Source of the DNA: Klebsormidium nitens
Lineage: Eukaryota > Plantae > Klebsormidiophyceae
Reading direction: 5' to 3'
Assembly: GCA_000708835.1 (NCBI GenBank)
Contig: DF237394.1
Span: 1 to 64,000, forward strand
Length of the DNA: 64,000 bases
Part shown: piece by piece, positions 9,892 through 22,740 of the stretch
Numbering within the stretch: the stretch's first letter is position 1
Layout: every line of letters begins with the position of its first letter
Position numbers and translations under genes: made by a program
The notes under the pieces: model-generated
What the model saw: the letters and a program-made list of their open reading frames with translations, nothing else
The model's database searches: none
Told to the model about the DNA's origin: nothing

Positions 9892-11859
9892 CTAGGACAG
9901 GGGTTCGGTGGTAGCTACAAGTGCGCAGCTTAATACTATGAGGACAGCGCCAGCTCCTCCTAAAATGTTCAATCTCTCGCTAAATAGGGCAGTGCCGAGC
10001 AGAGAACGTAACAATACTTTCAGGGATTGTACCGAGGTTCCTCGGGCGGCTCTTTCTAGTTGCAGCCCTCGTGCCAACAGAACCTGTGCGGCAAATGCCA
10101 GCATGGAAACCAGGCACGTTCCCAGGACTTCCCACGCCCCTAGAAACACAAATTTTTGCGTGATGCCTAACATACAAAGAGCAGCTGGCCCCGAAAACGC
10201 AGAGAAAGCAAACACGGTAACTAACGGTGACTCTCCCGCTTTCACAAAGCTTCGTACGGCACAGAGCGCAGCTGCCCCCGCGGCCGTGGCCACTACGCAC
10301 ACCAGCAGCGCCAACGGGTCGTCCCACCCGTCCTGGCCTTTCTGGACGCTGTACATTCCACTGAGGCCCGACAGCATGGGGTTCTTGAAAAAGAGCGGGG
10401 GCTGCGCCAGCAGGATCACGCCCACAAACCCGAGCGCCATCCCGAGCATCTCCGTCAAGGCCGTCTTCTCCTGCAGCGCCACATGAGCCATCCCCGCAAC
10501 GAAGAAGGGTCCTAGATACGTGATGGCCGTCACGTCGGCGGCGCCCAGCGCTCCGAGGCTGAAGAAGAACGAGGAGAGGGCTGCGAACCCGCAGAGCACG
10601 CGGGCGGCGAGGAGCCATTGAAGATCCGGGCTGCCCAACAGCGGAATCCCCGCTTTCCGCAGCATGAGCCCGGACACGAGCGCGATCATCCCGCAGCGCA
10701 TCGCTGCAGTCTGAAAAGGGGGGATGGTATGCGCCGCAAACAGCACGGTCGGCACCTCCATCAGGGCATAGCAAGCGCAGGAGAGGGCCACGCACAGCAG
10801 CCCCGAGTGTTTGGACCCCCCCCAAACCCACTGGAACAGCTCGGTCGCCCCGCTCGCTTCCCCAATATTTACTCGTTTCCGCCGGTCCTTTTTGGGGGGG
10901 CGTGTGCTCTTGGCCGCGCTCGCCTTGCCCTCTTCCATCAGGAGCGCTTGCTTTTCTGAATCAGCATCTGACAGGGTGTCGCCCTCGGTCACACGGTCAC
11001 TCGCAGTTGCAGCCCCACCAACCGTCAGGTTGATCAGTCCGATCTCACCTGAAAGGAGCAATTCTGAGGGTCATTGGAGGCTTTAGGGGGGATTCTATCA
11101 TAAAAGCCTAATAAGATCTGCCAGCAGGCGCAATAAGAGTCCCATTGCGAAATAAGCAGCCTTCAAATGAAAAAACGAGTTGTGCAGTGCGCCACAGCTT
11201 GCGCAAATTGTCCCCCATCAGGAGCTTAGAGACGAGGAGGCACTCAGTACAATGAGCTCCTCGTCCGACAGTTAGGATGAGTTTATTGCCTTTTCTTGGC
11301 CCCTGTAACGAGGTTTTGTTGAATGTACCCCCTTTGCTCATCATTCTTCAATTGACCAACATGGCCCACCCCTCACAAAAAAACGAGTGCTGCCAAAAGT
11401 TGAAGAAGGGGGAGATCTGTTTCTTGACTCAGACATCTGTTCATATCCAGAATCGCAACCTCGGCAGAATCTAATCACATCATCAGGCACCACCTTGTTA
11501 TGTGACCTCACTCTTGAAAGATACTCTCGCATCTTCCAAACCCGGGGCCACTAACCGGACACCCTATCGTTGATCAGTAGACTTCATCGGTCCGCTAGAT
11601 TCTTCAAATTCTGCTTGGACTTTCAGCCTGGCTCACATCATTCTGCAGCAGGATAATGAGAGGTGAAGGAGACTTGCGCACCTGCGGATACACGCCTGTC
11701 CACCATGCTCTCTGGTCGACTGTTGCTCCGTCCCAGTCGGCTGGGTGTTGTGAAGCCCTCCCCACGCCCAGTCTGATTGCTGGTGGTTGAGGACAGCGGG
11801 GGCGTGCCAACCACGTCTCCCTTGCTAGCCCGCGTGCTGCGTGCCTCCAAACTGGTCAT
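9892..11859 (-). CDS. EamA/DMT-superfamily (SLC35G-like) transporter
   Basis: 389-codon ORF 9892-11061 with about 10 hydrophobic helices and EamA-like motifs (LLAARVLCGFAALSSFFFSL, AITYLGPFFVAGMAHVALQEK, ALFSERL). A phase-compatible upstream exon 11859-11682 joins an acceptor at 11048, giving 444 aa; the upstream exon is less certain. Confidence 0.85.
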
Positions 11860-12315
11860 CGTGTCCAGGCATCAGCATCCTGATGTGAACCCATTCAGAA
11901 TGTGCAAGTTTCTTAGCACCTTGCTTGACAGATATCAACAATTCGCACCGCACCTAGCGGCCTACATCCTGGACAGGCTTGGCATGGGGCGTCGTGGCAT
12001 CAGATGCGCAGGCCATTGATAATGCTTTCCTGATTTTCAAATGCTTGATCGCGCACCTTCCTTGGTTTTGCTCCAGTGGCAGTGATTCCTCCCGACAGTG
12101 AAAGCCGATTGGTGTTCTCTCATCCCCGATTCAGAGCAGGGCCAAGTGTCCTACGGAAGTGTCATTGTCACTTGCTTTAGTCAATATTTGAAAACCAAGT
12201 TCCTCTTGACACCAGTATTCAAAGTCTGGCTTTGAAAGGCTTTGAAAGTTGCTTTTCCAGTTGATTCTCCGTTGGTTGGGCGCAAAAAGGGCGTCCAGAA
12301 GGTTTGTTGAGAAGC

Positions 12316-15300
12316 ATGGAGACCAACAAGGGAGGGAAGTATCCTGCACCAAGTTTTTCCACAGAGAATGAACCGTTCTACGATCTTCTAAAGACAGGAA
12401 ACAACGCGAATCAGCAGTGAGTGCGGTGTTGCTTTCCTCATGCTTTTCTTTTGCAATTGCTGCAAAATCGTGGTCATGTCTGACTTCAATTCATGTGCAA
12501 GTGCCTCACTTTGATTGATATGCGTTGTGTCCTTAGCACGCCCTGAATCCTGATTCGTGTCATGTATGACAAGAAGGCAACTTTGACGAGGGTTTCTCTT
12601 GTCGAAGTATCATATCAAGGAATGGGTGCTTGTTACATGGGCTTTCAGGAGCTGCTTGGCTTACGGCGCTGGCCCAGTAAGGGCATGAAAAGCTTGTGCT
12701 TTAGGGTTCAATTTTCACCATCTGTCAGGCTGTGTGCTTTGACTTTCACATCTCCCATGTTTTTGGTGTGTATTAATTTCCCACATGTGTAGATTTTGTT
12801 GTTGATGCTGGTTCTCTCTTAATAAATAAGAGGATATGCGACATGAGTTTCAGGGACTCCTCCGAGGGCCAAGGCGCTTGGGAACACCTTTTAGAAAGCC
12901 TACAGGAAGGATATTCTTCACATGTCCTCTTCGTGTTGAGGAATCATTGGTGCACTTTTTGTTCAGGTCCTCTTTGTCAGGGGTTGCAACCAATCCAGTG
13001 GATTTTGGGGAGAACATCTTGCCAAGCTATGACTTCCATCCCACCAGGCCAGCACCCTCTCTCAACAACGGCAACAAGATGATGTCACCTACGCTGTCTG
13101 AACAAGTAAGACTTGCTTCAGATATTGTCTGTTAGTTTTCTGTAGTGATAGTTTGCATCTGAGTAGTCCAATTTGCCAAATCCCAGACAGACTTGCCCTT
13201 TATACTGCTTTGTGGTTTCAAGCTCAAGGTGCTCAGATTCTATGATGCAAGCATTCAAGCCAAGCCCTCTTGCAAATCCATTGAGTGCTCCCGCGTGAGG
13301 AAGCTGCTGTTTGCTACTTGAATATGGCCAGGAATTGTTTGTAGGGAGCAAGAGCATGCACTCTGAATTACCTCTTGTTTCTGCTTCTTGTTAGTTTTAC
13401 CCCAGGGCACCGCTCCAATCAGAGCTATACCTTTGACATTGCTTCTGACGCTTTCTTGGGCATTCAGTTGTTCATGCGTAAGTCTGATTCGACCAATGCG
13501 ACCAAACAGTTGCTTGCAATAATGATAGACTTCGTTGTGAACCTCTGAGATGCGGAAGCATGGCCGCCTTGTAGATTTGTTAGAGGGCAAGGAGTTAACC
13601 CTTCAAGCAATCCTCGGACCGCTTTCCCATTTGCCGTGTTGAACAGCTTATGATCTCTCTGCAGTCGCTGGACGGCAAGTCCTCAACCAGTGAGCCCCTC
13701 CATGGCAAGCAAGAGCGCTCGGTTGCCGACGTGGACGATAGCAAGGACGCCGTAGCGGCAGTGGAGCGCACGATGAAGAAGTATGCCGACAACCTGCTGC
13801 GAGTGCTGGAGGACATGCGGGGCAAGCTGACGCAGCTGGAGCGCACTACAGACCGCCTGGAGAGCACCGTCGCAGAGCTGCAGAACAGGAGCGCCGACCA
13901 GCATGGGGAGCTGGACGGGCGCGTCAGGGGGCTGGAACACGTCCTACGTGAGGTGCGCGTAAAAGCAACGCGACAGTGGGCCTAGGGACATTGTGTCTGA
14001 GGAGGCTGGGCTTGAGTGGACAAGCACAGGGCTGCGCTGCTGGAGAGAGACTTTGATTTTCAGTCAAATCACTTTTGTTTATTAGTAATTCAGCACTCCA
14101 CTTACCTAATCTGTCCTACTGCTGATGTCAAGCTAGAAGCCGCAAATGACTTACCTCAGAGCATTACACTCTGTTGGACGTCTGAAGCAGCTGTTCTGTT
14201 TCCCCCTCCCCGTGCAGGTACAGCGCGGCGTGCAGCTGCTGCGGGACAAGTCGGAGCTGCAAGAGGCACAGGCGGAGCTGGCCAAGATGCAGATGACAAC
14301 CACCGCCGCCAAGCCTCCCCTTCCCGCGCAAGCCCCTCCTGCGCTCACGGCACCGCCCCAGACATTCCCGGCGCTCACTGCTCCCCCGTTGGTCCCTGAG
14401 GAACCCGCGAAGCCAGCGGCGCCGATGCAGATGCAGCCACAGCCCCAGGTAAAAGGCTGTCCCGATGAAAATCGTTGTACTGTACTGTACTGAACGAAAA
14501 GAAATCGAATCTCTGTGGGCCTCTTCAAGTTTTTGCAACTACCTCTTCAACCGTTTAGGCCAATGACTGACAGATTCTGTCCTCTCAACTGCCTTGAGAA
14601 TACCAAGAAGAGGCACTTTCCAGCTTTGAAACAGGTTTTACTTTCACGCCGTTCAGCTCCACTTGGCACAGAGATTCTCTGACACTGAACCACTGCGCGC
14701 CAATCCTCAGGTCGAGCAGCAGCCAGCGCCTGCCCCTGTCCCCCTCCCATCGGCTCCTTCTGCCCCCCCTCAGCAGCTCTCCGTTCCGGTTCCTCAGTAC
14801 CAGGCCCCCCCCAAGCCCCCAGCCAGCCCCCACCCCAGGCACCCCCCAGCCTCAAGGGCCCCNNNNNNNNNNNNNNNNNNNNCAAGGGCCCCACCGCAGC
14901 AGCCAAACTATTCGCAACCCCCTGCTTACATGCCGCAGCAGCCCCCGGCTACGTGCCCCCCCTCCGCCCCCCGTCCCTCCAGCAGCCCCAGCAACCGCAG
15001 GGGCCGAGCGGGCCTGCCCCCCGCCCCCGCCAGTACGGGCCCCAGGCGCCTCCCTACATGCAGAGGCCCCCTCCCCAGCAGCAGCAAGAGGCGCCCGCGT
15101 ATCTGCCTCAGGGGTATGGACAGCAGGCCGGCGCGCCCCCCCACCAGATGCCGCCTCCTCCGCCGCAGCCGCAGCAGGGACCCCCTCGACAGGGCTACGA
15201 AGGCGCACCCCCGCAGGGAGCACCACACCCAGGTAGGCAGTGGTTTGGAGATTGATGCACATCGTGGAGGCTTGGTTTTCATTGTTCCAAATTTCGGACG

Positions 15301-16385
15301 ACATCCGTCGCGGAAGAGTTGGCACCATTCTTCTGCGAAGCAGTATATTGCCAAAAAAATGAGTGTCCATAAGGCTGACACAAGTCTTGGTAAGAGGTTG
15401 TCTCGTGACCCCGACTTGGAGCTATCTTTTGCTACTGGCGTTAATCACCGCTGGGTTTTGAATGATCACTGGCCTTCTAGGTAATCTGTCCCAACAAGGC
15501 ACGCGATTCACTCGATTGCGCACCCAAATTCTGCACTGTAGGTTAAAGCTTGCATGGAGAATGTGCTGGACTTCACACCCAGCTTGAGTATTTCTTGCCT
15601 AAAGTGGTGTGTGTCAGCTCCTCAACCAGCGGATAGAAGTTGTTGCTGACTGAGCACTCCTGCAGGTGGCCGGCTAGCCCTTCCGCCGCCCCCTGGCAGC
15701 TACGGCCCCCCGCCACCCCAGGGCTATAGTGAACGGCCCGGGTCGACGGGGGGGTACGACCGCCCTCCGAGCGCCAGCTATGATCGTCCCCCCACATCCG
15801 GATATGAGCGCCAGGCCCCGCCTCCCTTCGAGCGGCCGCCCCCTCCGAACTACGATCGGCAATCCGGGTACGAGCCTCGAGTGCCAGCATCCCCATACGG
15901 CCCTCCTCCTCAGTATGGTGCAGGGGGGCCTCCGCCTGCGCCCGGGACATATCCCCGCTTGCAGATGGCTCAGCCCGTGCAGTCTTCAGAACCACCTCGG
16001 ACAGCTGGCTCCGGTGGACCAGCGCAGCTGAGCACGAGCAAGATGCCCATCGAGCAGGTAAGGCGGACCTGGTTCAAATTTTCCCTTCAGGCTCCTTGTC
16101 GGCTCTCCCAGTTTTCCTAGATGTTTCCTTGTATGTGGACACCTTCATAGACTCTGCTTCAGCACTAGAGGATTAGGTGTGGCAATCTGGAAGCCCACTA
16201 AGACTTGCGTCCTTCGCTGTTGGCAGGTGATTGACGACGTGGCCGCAATGGGATTCCACAAAGACGAGGTTCGCAGCATCGTGAGGCAGCTCACCGAGAC
16301 CGGCAAGTCAGTGGACCTCAACATTGTGTTGGACACACTCATGACGCGGTCAGGGGGAGCAGCTCCTACCGGGAGGAGCTGGTAG
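12316..16385 (+). CDS. FLOE-family protein: coiled coil + Q/P/Y-rich prion-like region + C-terminal DUF1421
   Basis: Exons 12316-12416, 12967-13105, 13665-13952, 14218-14448, 14711-15232, 15666-16057, 16227-16385. Motifs ILPSYDFHPTRP, VERTMKKYADNLLRVLE...QLE, VQRGVQLLRDK, YPRLQMAQ, VIDDVAAMGFHKDEVRSIVRQLTETGKSVDLNIVLDTL match plant DUF1421/FLOE proteins as recalled. Exon 5 has an N gap and poly-C frameshifts. Confidence 0.88.
14863..14882. other. Assembly gap (20 N) in the proline-rich exon
   Basis: The N run is flanked on both sides by CAAGGGCCCC, suggesting an unresolved overlap in low-complexity sequence. Confidence 0.95.
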
Positions 16386-18580
16386 GGCCGGTATGGTTTC
16401 TCGCATGGGAGTCCAGTGTACTTTAGGTGTAACCCACAAGGTAGCATATTACGTACGTCACTTCGTCAACTTGTACATTCTTGTGCTCATTTTTGCTTAT
16501 CTCGATGTTGTATGCTGACATTGTACTAGAGCAGATTCGACCACCTTCCTTTTGTACCTCATTCCAGATCATTGCATGTGGTCAGACACAGGGCTGTTTG
16601 TTGCAAATTGGGAGCCTTCGGCGTGGATGTGATCATGCAACTATGGGGCAAGAAAGGAAACACCGAAGTTATCTACTTGCAGTCTTTTTTATCGCTGCTC
16701 AGCACTACGAGGTGCTGGCTCATTGTAACAAGCTAGCCAGGCGGCTTCCATGCACATAGCGAAAATTACCGCCGGAGAGTAATCAACTCGGTAAAGTTGT
16801 ACGTTGATTGTGTGCATGTGCGCTTGGACTCGAGCTGCATCTAGACTTGGAGTTGATTACATGCTCAAGTTGCTGAGTTGCGCATCGCATGACGTCGGTG
16901 CGTGAATTTAATTTCCTGATTCCTTGCGGCATGCAACTTGCCATGCACATCAGTGCGGTGCAGCCAGTGGGGGTTGCGAGTCATGTGCACTGCACTAGTC
17001 CAATTGGTAAATTCGACCATTCACGCAACAGGCTCATGTCGACATTTTTGTTGAGTGTTGAGATCATATACGATCGAGTATCTAGAGCTGTATACCGCGT
17101 GCCGCGTGCGTCTCTGTTGCACATACATGAAAGACATTTCACATTTCACTATAACTCGGCTGCTCATGTATGTTAACTTCCAATGTATCGCGTACGTGTA
17201 CCAAAAATGGAATCTAGGTGTCTGCGATCTAACGTCTACAATGTACTACAACAATCAATGATACACTGCAATTGCTTCTGCGCCTCTCTGCGGTCTACAT
17301 CCCTACCAAGATCGGATTGTTGCCCGCTGATTAGTGCGAATCCTAGTTCCAACAGATTGCCCGGAGGCGACAAGTAGCTAGCGGAGTCACGGTTGCTTTG
17401 ACTAGCACGCCACTGGCAAGTTTAGTTGTAATCCGGTAAGCTGTTGTTAGACTAGGTTCGGTGACTAATTCAGTGTACGCACTTTGATTTGGTTAGGTAG
17501 CTAGACGTTCAAGACCCAAACAATTGCCATGTATGCCATGGAAGCCTATGGCCCATGTGGCTACGGCGTTTGAAAAGAGAACAATTGAAATTGATGTTCT
17601 CAATTGTACGTCAGACTCTAAACGATGCGCCAGCTAGGCCCTGCAGCGTTTTGCAGTGCATGCCCGGCTAGCGATCATGACATGCTCGAGACATCGTCAT
17701 GCAAGTATGCGGCTCAGGGCCCTCATTGCGTGACATGTGCATCATGCATGACGCGGTTGAGTATGATGAAATGCTGCAAAATGAGCGTACCATGATGATC
17801 CGAAGCCTTAGACAACCCTGGTAAGCGCCAGGATAAGTTCGCAGGGCATGATAAGTTGTTCCATGGGTCAGCTCACCTAGACACTCGATATGCTTCCGCC
17901 TGTTGTTGGGAAACTCAAAAACGAAGTGTCTGTTTGCGCCCAATCCGAGAGTTTCGTTTGTACAGTATAGGCCAGACCATGCACCCTTAAATTTGACTAC
18001 AAACCGGTCCAATTGCAATATGCTCAATCAGCCGCCCTACACCTCATTAAATAAGCACCTAGGGTGTCGGACATGACGTCTGAGGTCATGACAGACGAAC
18101 CCTCGGTTGATGCAGTGCCTTTGACTAGGTCCTTACAGGATCTTGGCCGCCTCCAAACACCTACGCTTATTCTTCTTCTCAGATGAGACCCACCTCTGTA
18201 GGCACAAAGAAACTAGCTCCGATCAATAGGCTTTTGAGGACGGTCTCGCAGCTTTCAACTCTTGATCATTTGACGTTTATGTACGTTAACAACTACAATC
18301 ACCGCCAGCTGGCGAATTGCTAATGAGCAGAAGACAAAACAGCCATGCCATGGCTTACCAATACCTACCCAGACACCTAAACATGTACAGTAAAGGCTGG
18401 TCCGCATTGCCACACCCGGAGTCTACCCCACGTCAAACTGAAACTGCCCCAGACATCTGGCGCCACCAGATAAATCTTACCGCCCTCGGTTCGAGTCGTC
18501 TACCGACCGCGCCCTTTGATCATTGCTAATCTGCTACATACAGGGACCCCACCCCTTCGGCTTGGCTGGCTAACGGCCGG

Positions 18581-21500
18581 CTAGTGACCGTTTCTGATCG
18601 AAACACGGAGCAGCGGGCTCGGGCTGGGTTGTATCAGCAGATTGTCCAGTGCGTGCGAGAACCGGCCGTCTGCCTGGCTGCGCGCCAGCCGCAGCTCGAA
18701 GCGCTGCACGAGCGTCGCAATCACCACCTTCTGCTCGACGATGGAGAAGGCGCGCCCCAAGCACGCGCGTGCGCCCCGCCCAAAGGTCATGAACGAGGGC
18801 GACGAACCCGGGTCGATGAAACTCGCGTCCGCCGAGGGATCCCCCCCGGAGGAACCCATAACCGGACAGTCGGCCACTTGTGCGCACGCCATGCTCGAGA
18901 AGGGACATCCCCCAGATGACCCGGTCACCTGTGCAGAATTTGTCTCAAAAAGTCGGGGCTCGGGCGCGCTTTTCCTCAAGAAGCGCTCGGGACGAAACTC
19001 GTCGGCGTCGCAGCCCCAGGCCGCCGGGTCCCGGTTGAGGCTCTCCACGGGCGCCGCAATTGCGGTTCCCCGGGGGATGACGTGGCCCCCCACGACCAGG
19101 TCGCGCGCGCTGCTGACGCGCGACTTGGTCACGTTAACAGGCGCCAGCCGAAGGGACTCGTGGATGACCGCGGGCAAGTACTGCAGGCGACGGACGTCCG
19201 CCTCGGAGGGGGGGCTGCTCGTGCAGCAGTGCGCGATCTCGGCGTACACTTTGGCCTGCACGGCCGGGTACTGCGCGAGGCGCAGCAGGATCCACATGAG
19301 GGACGTGCCCGTCGTGTGGTTGCCTGCAAACATGGTTCCCACCACCTGGGCCTTCGCCTGCGCGCAGGAAAGAAGTAACGACATGTCAGGGCTTTACATA
19401 CCATCAGTCTACATTCTTCACCTCCGGATGAGAAGTAAATTGGACACAAAGCTGTCCGCTTGTCACTCTGCGCCATTCGATAACGGAATTGTGACGCAAA
19501 GGACTGCCAATTGATATGAGAACCTGCTCTGGATTGCATTCAACACATTCAAGAGCCCTGCAGAGTCATTGTCAACCGCTCCGCACTGCACCTAGACTGA
19601 CCTGCTCGCGTGTGTAGAGCAGTTCCCCGCTCGTCCTGTCCTTCGCACTCAGCAGGGACCCCAGAAAGTCACTGCTCAGGTCAGGGGCCCCCGTCCCAAT
19701 CGCCGGTGCTCGTAACGCCGCCTCTTTCGTTTGGAGCAGTTCCTCTGCGATCTCGGTCAGTCGGCGGCAGTCGCGGCGCAACGCCCGGTAGCGCGCGTCC
19801 CACCAGGGGTCGACCACGTGGGAGGCAAACACGGCAGACTCTCGTGGGGTCGATACGAACAGTCGCTCAAATTCGCGGCATATCGGCAGTGCCCACGTGT
19901 CCTCTCCAAAAGCAACGGAGCCAATGATCTGCACAGACAGGGCAGCATGTGTGCGAATCTTGCAACAGCAAGTAGAGAAAGCCTTCAAGACAATGAGCAG
20001 TCGCAGCGACATAGAGAAGGCCAAGGCAGATCCAACCAGAGCGAGGATGAGTGTTCGCAAATCTTGAATAGCAGTACATCCTGGTGATGAATAAGTTGAA
20101 CCAGCAAAACGGCCACAAGTACAACGAGAACAAGAACGAAGTTTCACGAGATCTTTAACAATCCAACCTTTCTTTGCACCCCCTCTAGGTCAGGACCTAG
20201 TCGAAAGCTTTCCGCCCGGAGTCAATAACAGATATTACCCGTGTCTTTGCCGAGGGGCTCCGTGTTGAAAAGAACATTATCCCAGACCTCTTGCAATCTG
20301 CCACTTGAAGGGGCCCTCAAAAGGCAACGGGCAAAATCTAGCTGCACAGATCAGTGAATGCAAGTGACACTTCTCCTTGGAGAGCACCACTTAAGCTCCT
20401 CACAGCATTCAACTTTTCAAAACCTGTCATCCCCTCACCTCCAGCGCCAGGCTCGAGCAACAAGCCTTGAGGTCGATGTCCTCCCCTTGTGAAGCGCCCC
20501 ACCGCTCCACCACTTTGGCCACGCTCGCCAGTGAGACTGGGTGCACTCGCTCCAGGAAGCTGGTGCGCAGGTGCTGCGCCAGCCAGGAGCGCCGAGCCTT
20601 CACCTCGCGAAGGTCCCCCCAGAAGATGCTGGCTGCTGGCAAGAATGGCGCGCTTCGCTTGCCCCCGTGAGGGTTGGAGGTCGCCTGGGCAAATACCTGC
20701 TTCACGTGGGCGGGCTCCTGTGGGGGAAGAAAAGAGGGGGCATAAGGGAAGTGCGGTTAAATGAGATACAAAGCCCCCTGTAAATTGTGATCACAGACAG
20801 ATAGAGCGCTGGAAGCAGCTTGCTGCAGAAATGGCTGACAGGAATCAAGATCACTTGAGGATTCTGGAACCAATGTAAAAGCTGTACCTCCTGGTAGGAA
20901 TCGAACGCCCCTTGAAGGTAAAGCAGTTCTAGACACCACCCTGGCCTTGCCAGGACCTCTGACTGCGCTGATCGAAACCGCATACACTCCATTAAACTCC
21001 TTATTCTATACCAAATGCGAGAGGGCAAATATGAGAGTAGGAACCATACCACTGCTCGTAGGATCTAGAATCACCTCTCGATTGGATTAAAGTGCTTTAC
21101 CACAAGTGTGGCTGATCCTGGGGGCTCTACACCACAAAAAGCAGGCCTCGTAGAAAAGGAGAATGGCTCTCACAAGGTGGTCATGTATATCGATTGCAAG
21201 ATGATGATGACCATACTGATCAGAGTGTTGACTGATCACCATCTTGGCTTGCAACATAGGTACTACTGATCATAAATGCCTTGATTGCCCAACCTCGAAA
21301 CCTTCAGGTGCATGATGGAGAATTGGAACTTTCCAAGATCATGCCAGAAATCATTGCGACTTGCTTGGGACACTCCAGTAAAAGTAAACTTGCAACCTTT
21401 AGGAAGTCAACAGAGGCAGACTGCGAGAGTCCCCCAACGCCGCACTCACATGGACCGACACCACAAGCTGGCGGCCCTTCCAGAAGCGCACCACAGGCCC

Positions 21501-21818
21501 GTACTCCTTGTGCAGGCCCCGGATGAAGGCCGTGTAGTGCACCCAACCCCCCGCGGCCTGAAGATCCCTCAGATTGCCCCTCCACAACTCAGCAGGGGGG
21601 CCGGGAATTGTCGAGGCCAGGGCCCAAAACCTCCACCACTTGCTCAGCTGACATACAGCCCATATTACAGAAAGAACCAGAACCAAGACTGCCCACGTTA
21701 AGAACGCCCATTTGAAGGGGCTCAGAGCAGTTGCAAAGAGGTTCATTCCCCCCCTGCCCCCACCCCCCACATCGAGAGCCACATCAGCAGGCCCCATTGC
21801 CCGTTCCGCAGCCACCAT
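18581..21818 (-). CDS. Cytochrome P450, N-terminal half resembling CYP727/CYP20-type enzymes; 4 exons
   Basis: N-terminal TM helix + IPGP hinge; I-helix AGNHTT; ESLR; PERF; heme motif FGRGARACLG. Exons ~21818-21440, ~20720-20440, ~19945-19600, ~19365-18581. The start ATG is uncertain (21818 or downstream Met). Confidence 0.9.
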
Positions 21819-22701
21819 GTGCGCGATCAGCACATGGAACCGCTGCTCCACTGCTGCAATAAAGGGGACCACAAACTCGAGGTGGGGGCTGTGCTCTGAG
21901 ATCAATAGGCTAAGCATTGTTAAAGGGCAGAGGGGGGCAGGACTGGCTTTGCAGCTGGACCCCGGCTGATTCAGTCTTTGGCCTCAAAAAGGACGCGGGC
22001 ACGTCTCTCATGTCCTATGAATCGAGGAGCCTTATCAAGCACACAACTGGAAGGCTGCTGAGGGAAGCTCAACTACAGGGCTACGCTTCCCTGTCCACAT
22101 TGCTTTTGGACTTTGAGGCACACCTCCGATGCAGTTCCAAATCTTGCTGCCCTCTTTCAGGAGAGGCTCTGTCCTCCGCTTTAAGTTTGCCGCAACCTCC
22201 AGTGCCCTGTCTTACAGTTGGTTGGCAGACAGGCCAGAGGAGTATGCATTCAACGTCGTGAACAACTTTTCAGAAGTCAGCCTCCAGGAGAAGGGACTAG
22301 AACCATGCAAGCTGGTTTGCGCAAAGCTGGGCAACGTGTGGAAGACGCCGGCAAATCTGTCCATACAGACCCTTGCCTAGATGCCTTCGTTGCTGGACAG
22401 GCAAGAGCCCTGCCCTGTCAACTCTTGCTCAGGTCGTCACCCTGGGGGCTACGCAGCTCACACTGATCTTTCCCCGCAAGAAGTCCGCTCTGCATTCCGT
22501 TCTTCTGGTTCGAAATAGGAATTTTGAAGATCATTGAACTACCTATCCTACTTCATCCGAAGGCGCTGGCCCCTCTTCTTTTCCTTTCCGTCTTTCCTGC
22601 CCTTCCCTGCCTTTCTTGGTCTGACAAAGTAGGAGAAGCTGGAACAGTTCAAAACGACAGCCATTGAGCTGGCACTTTCTCTTCCAGGTACCTTCCAAGC
22701 A

Positions 22702-22740
22702 TTAAAATGTACTACAGTAAGGTTAAAATGTACTACAGTA
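22702..22740. repeat. Short direct repeat TTAAAATGTACTACAGTA x2
   Basis: Exact 18-mers at 22702-22719 and 22723-22740. Confidence 0.9.

Noticed and set aside
14820-14960. Apparent frameshifts suggesting the FLOE-like gene is a pseudogene
   Set aside because: They fall in poly-C/G runs beside a 20-N gap with duplicated flanks; all other exons are intact and in phase, so assembly error is more likely.
17668-18027. 119-aa minus-strand ORF as a transposase or viral fragment
   Set aside because: No recognisable domain motif; the ATG-less short ORF is compatible with chance.
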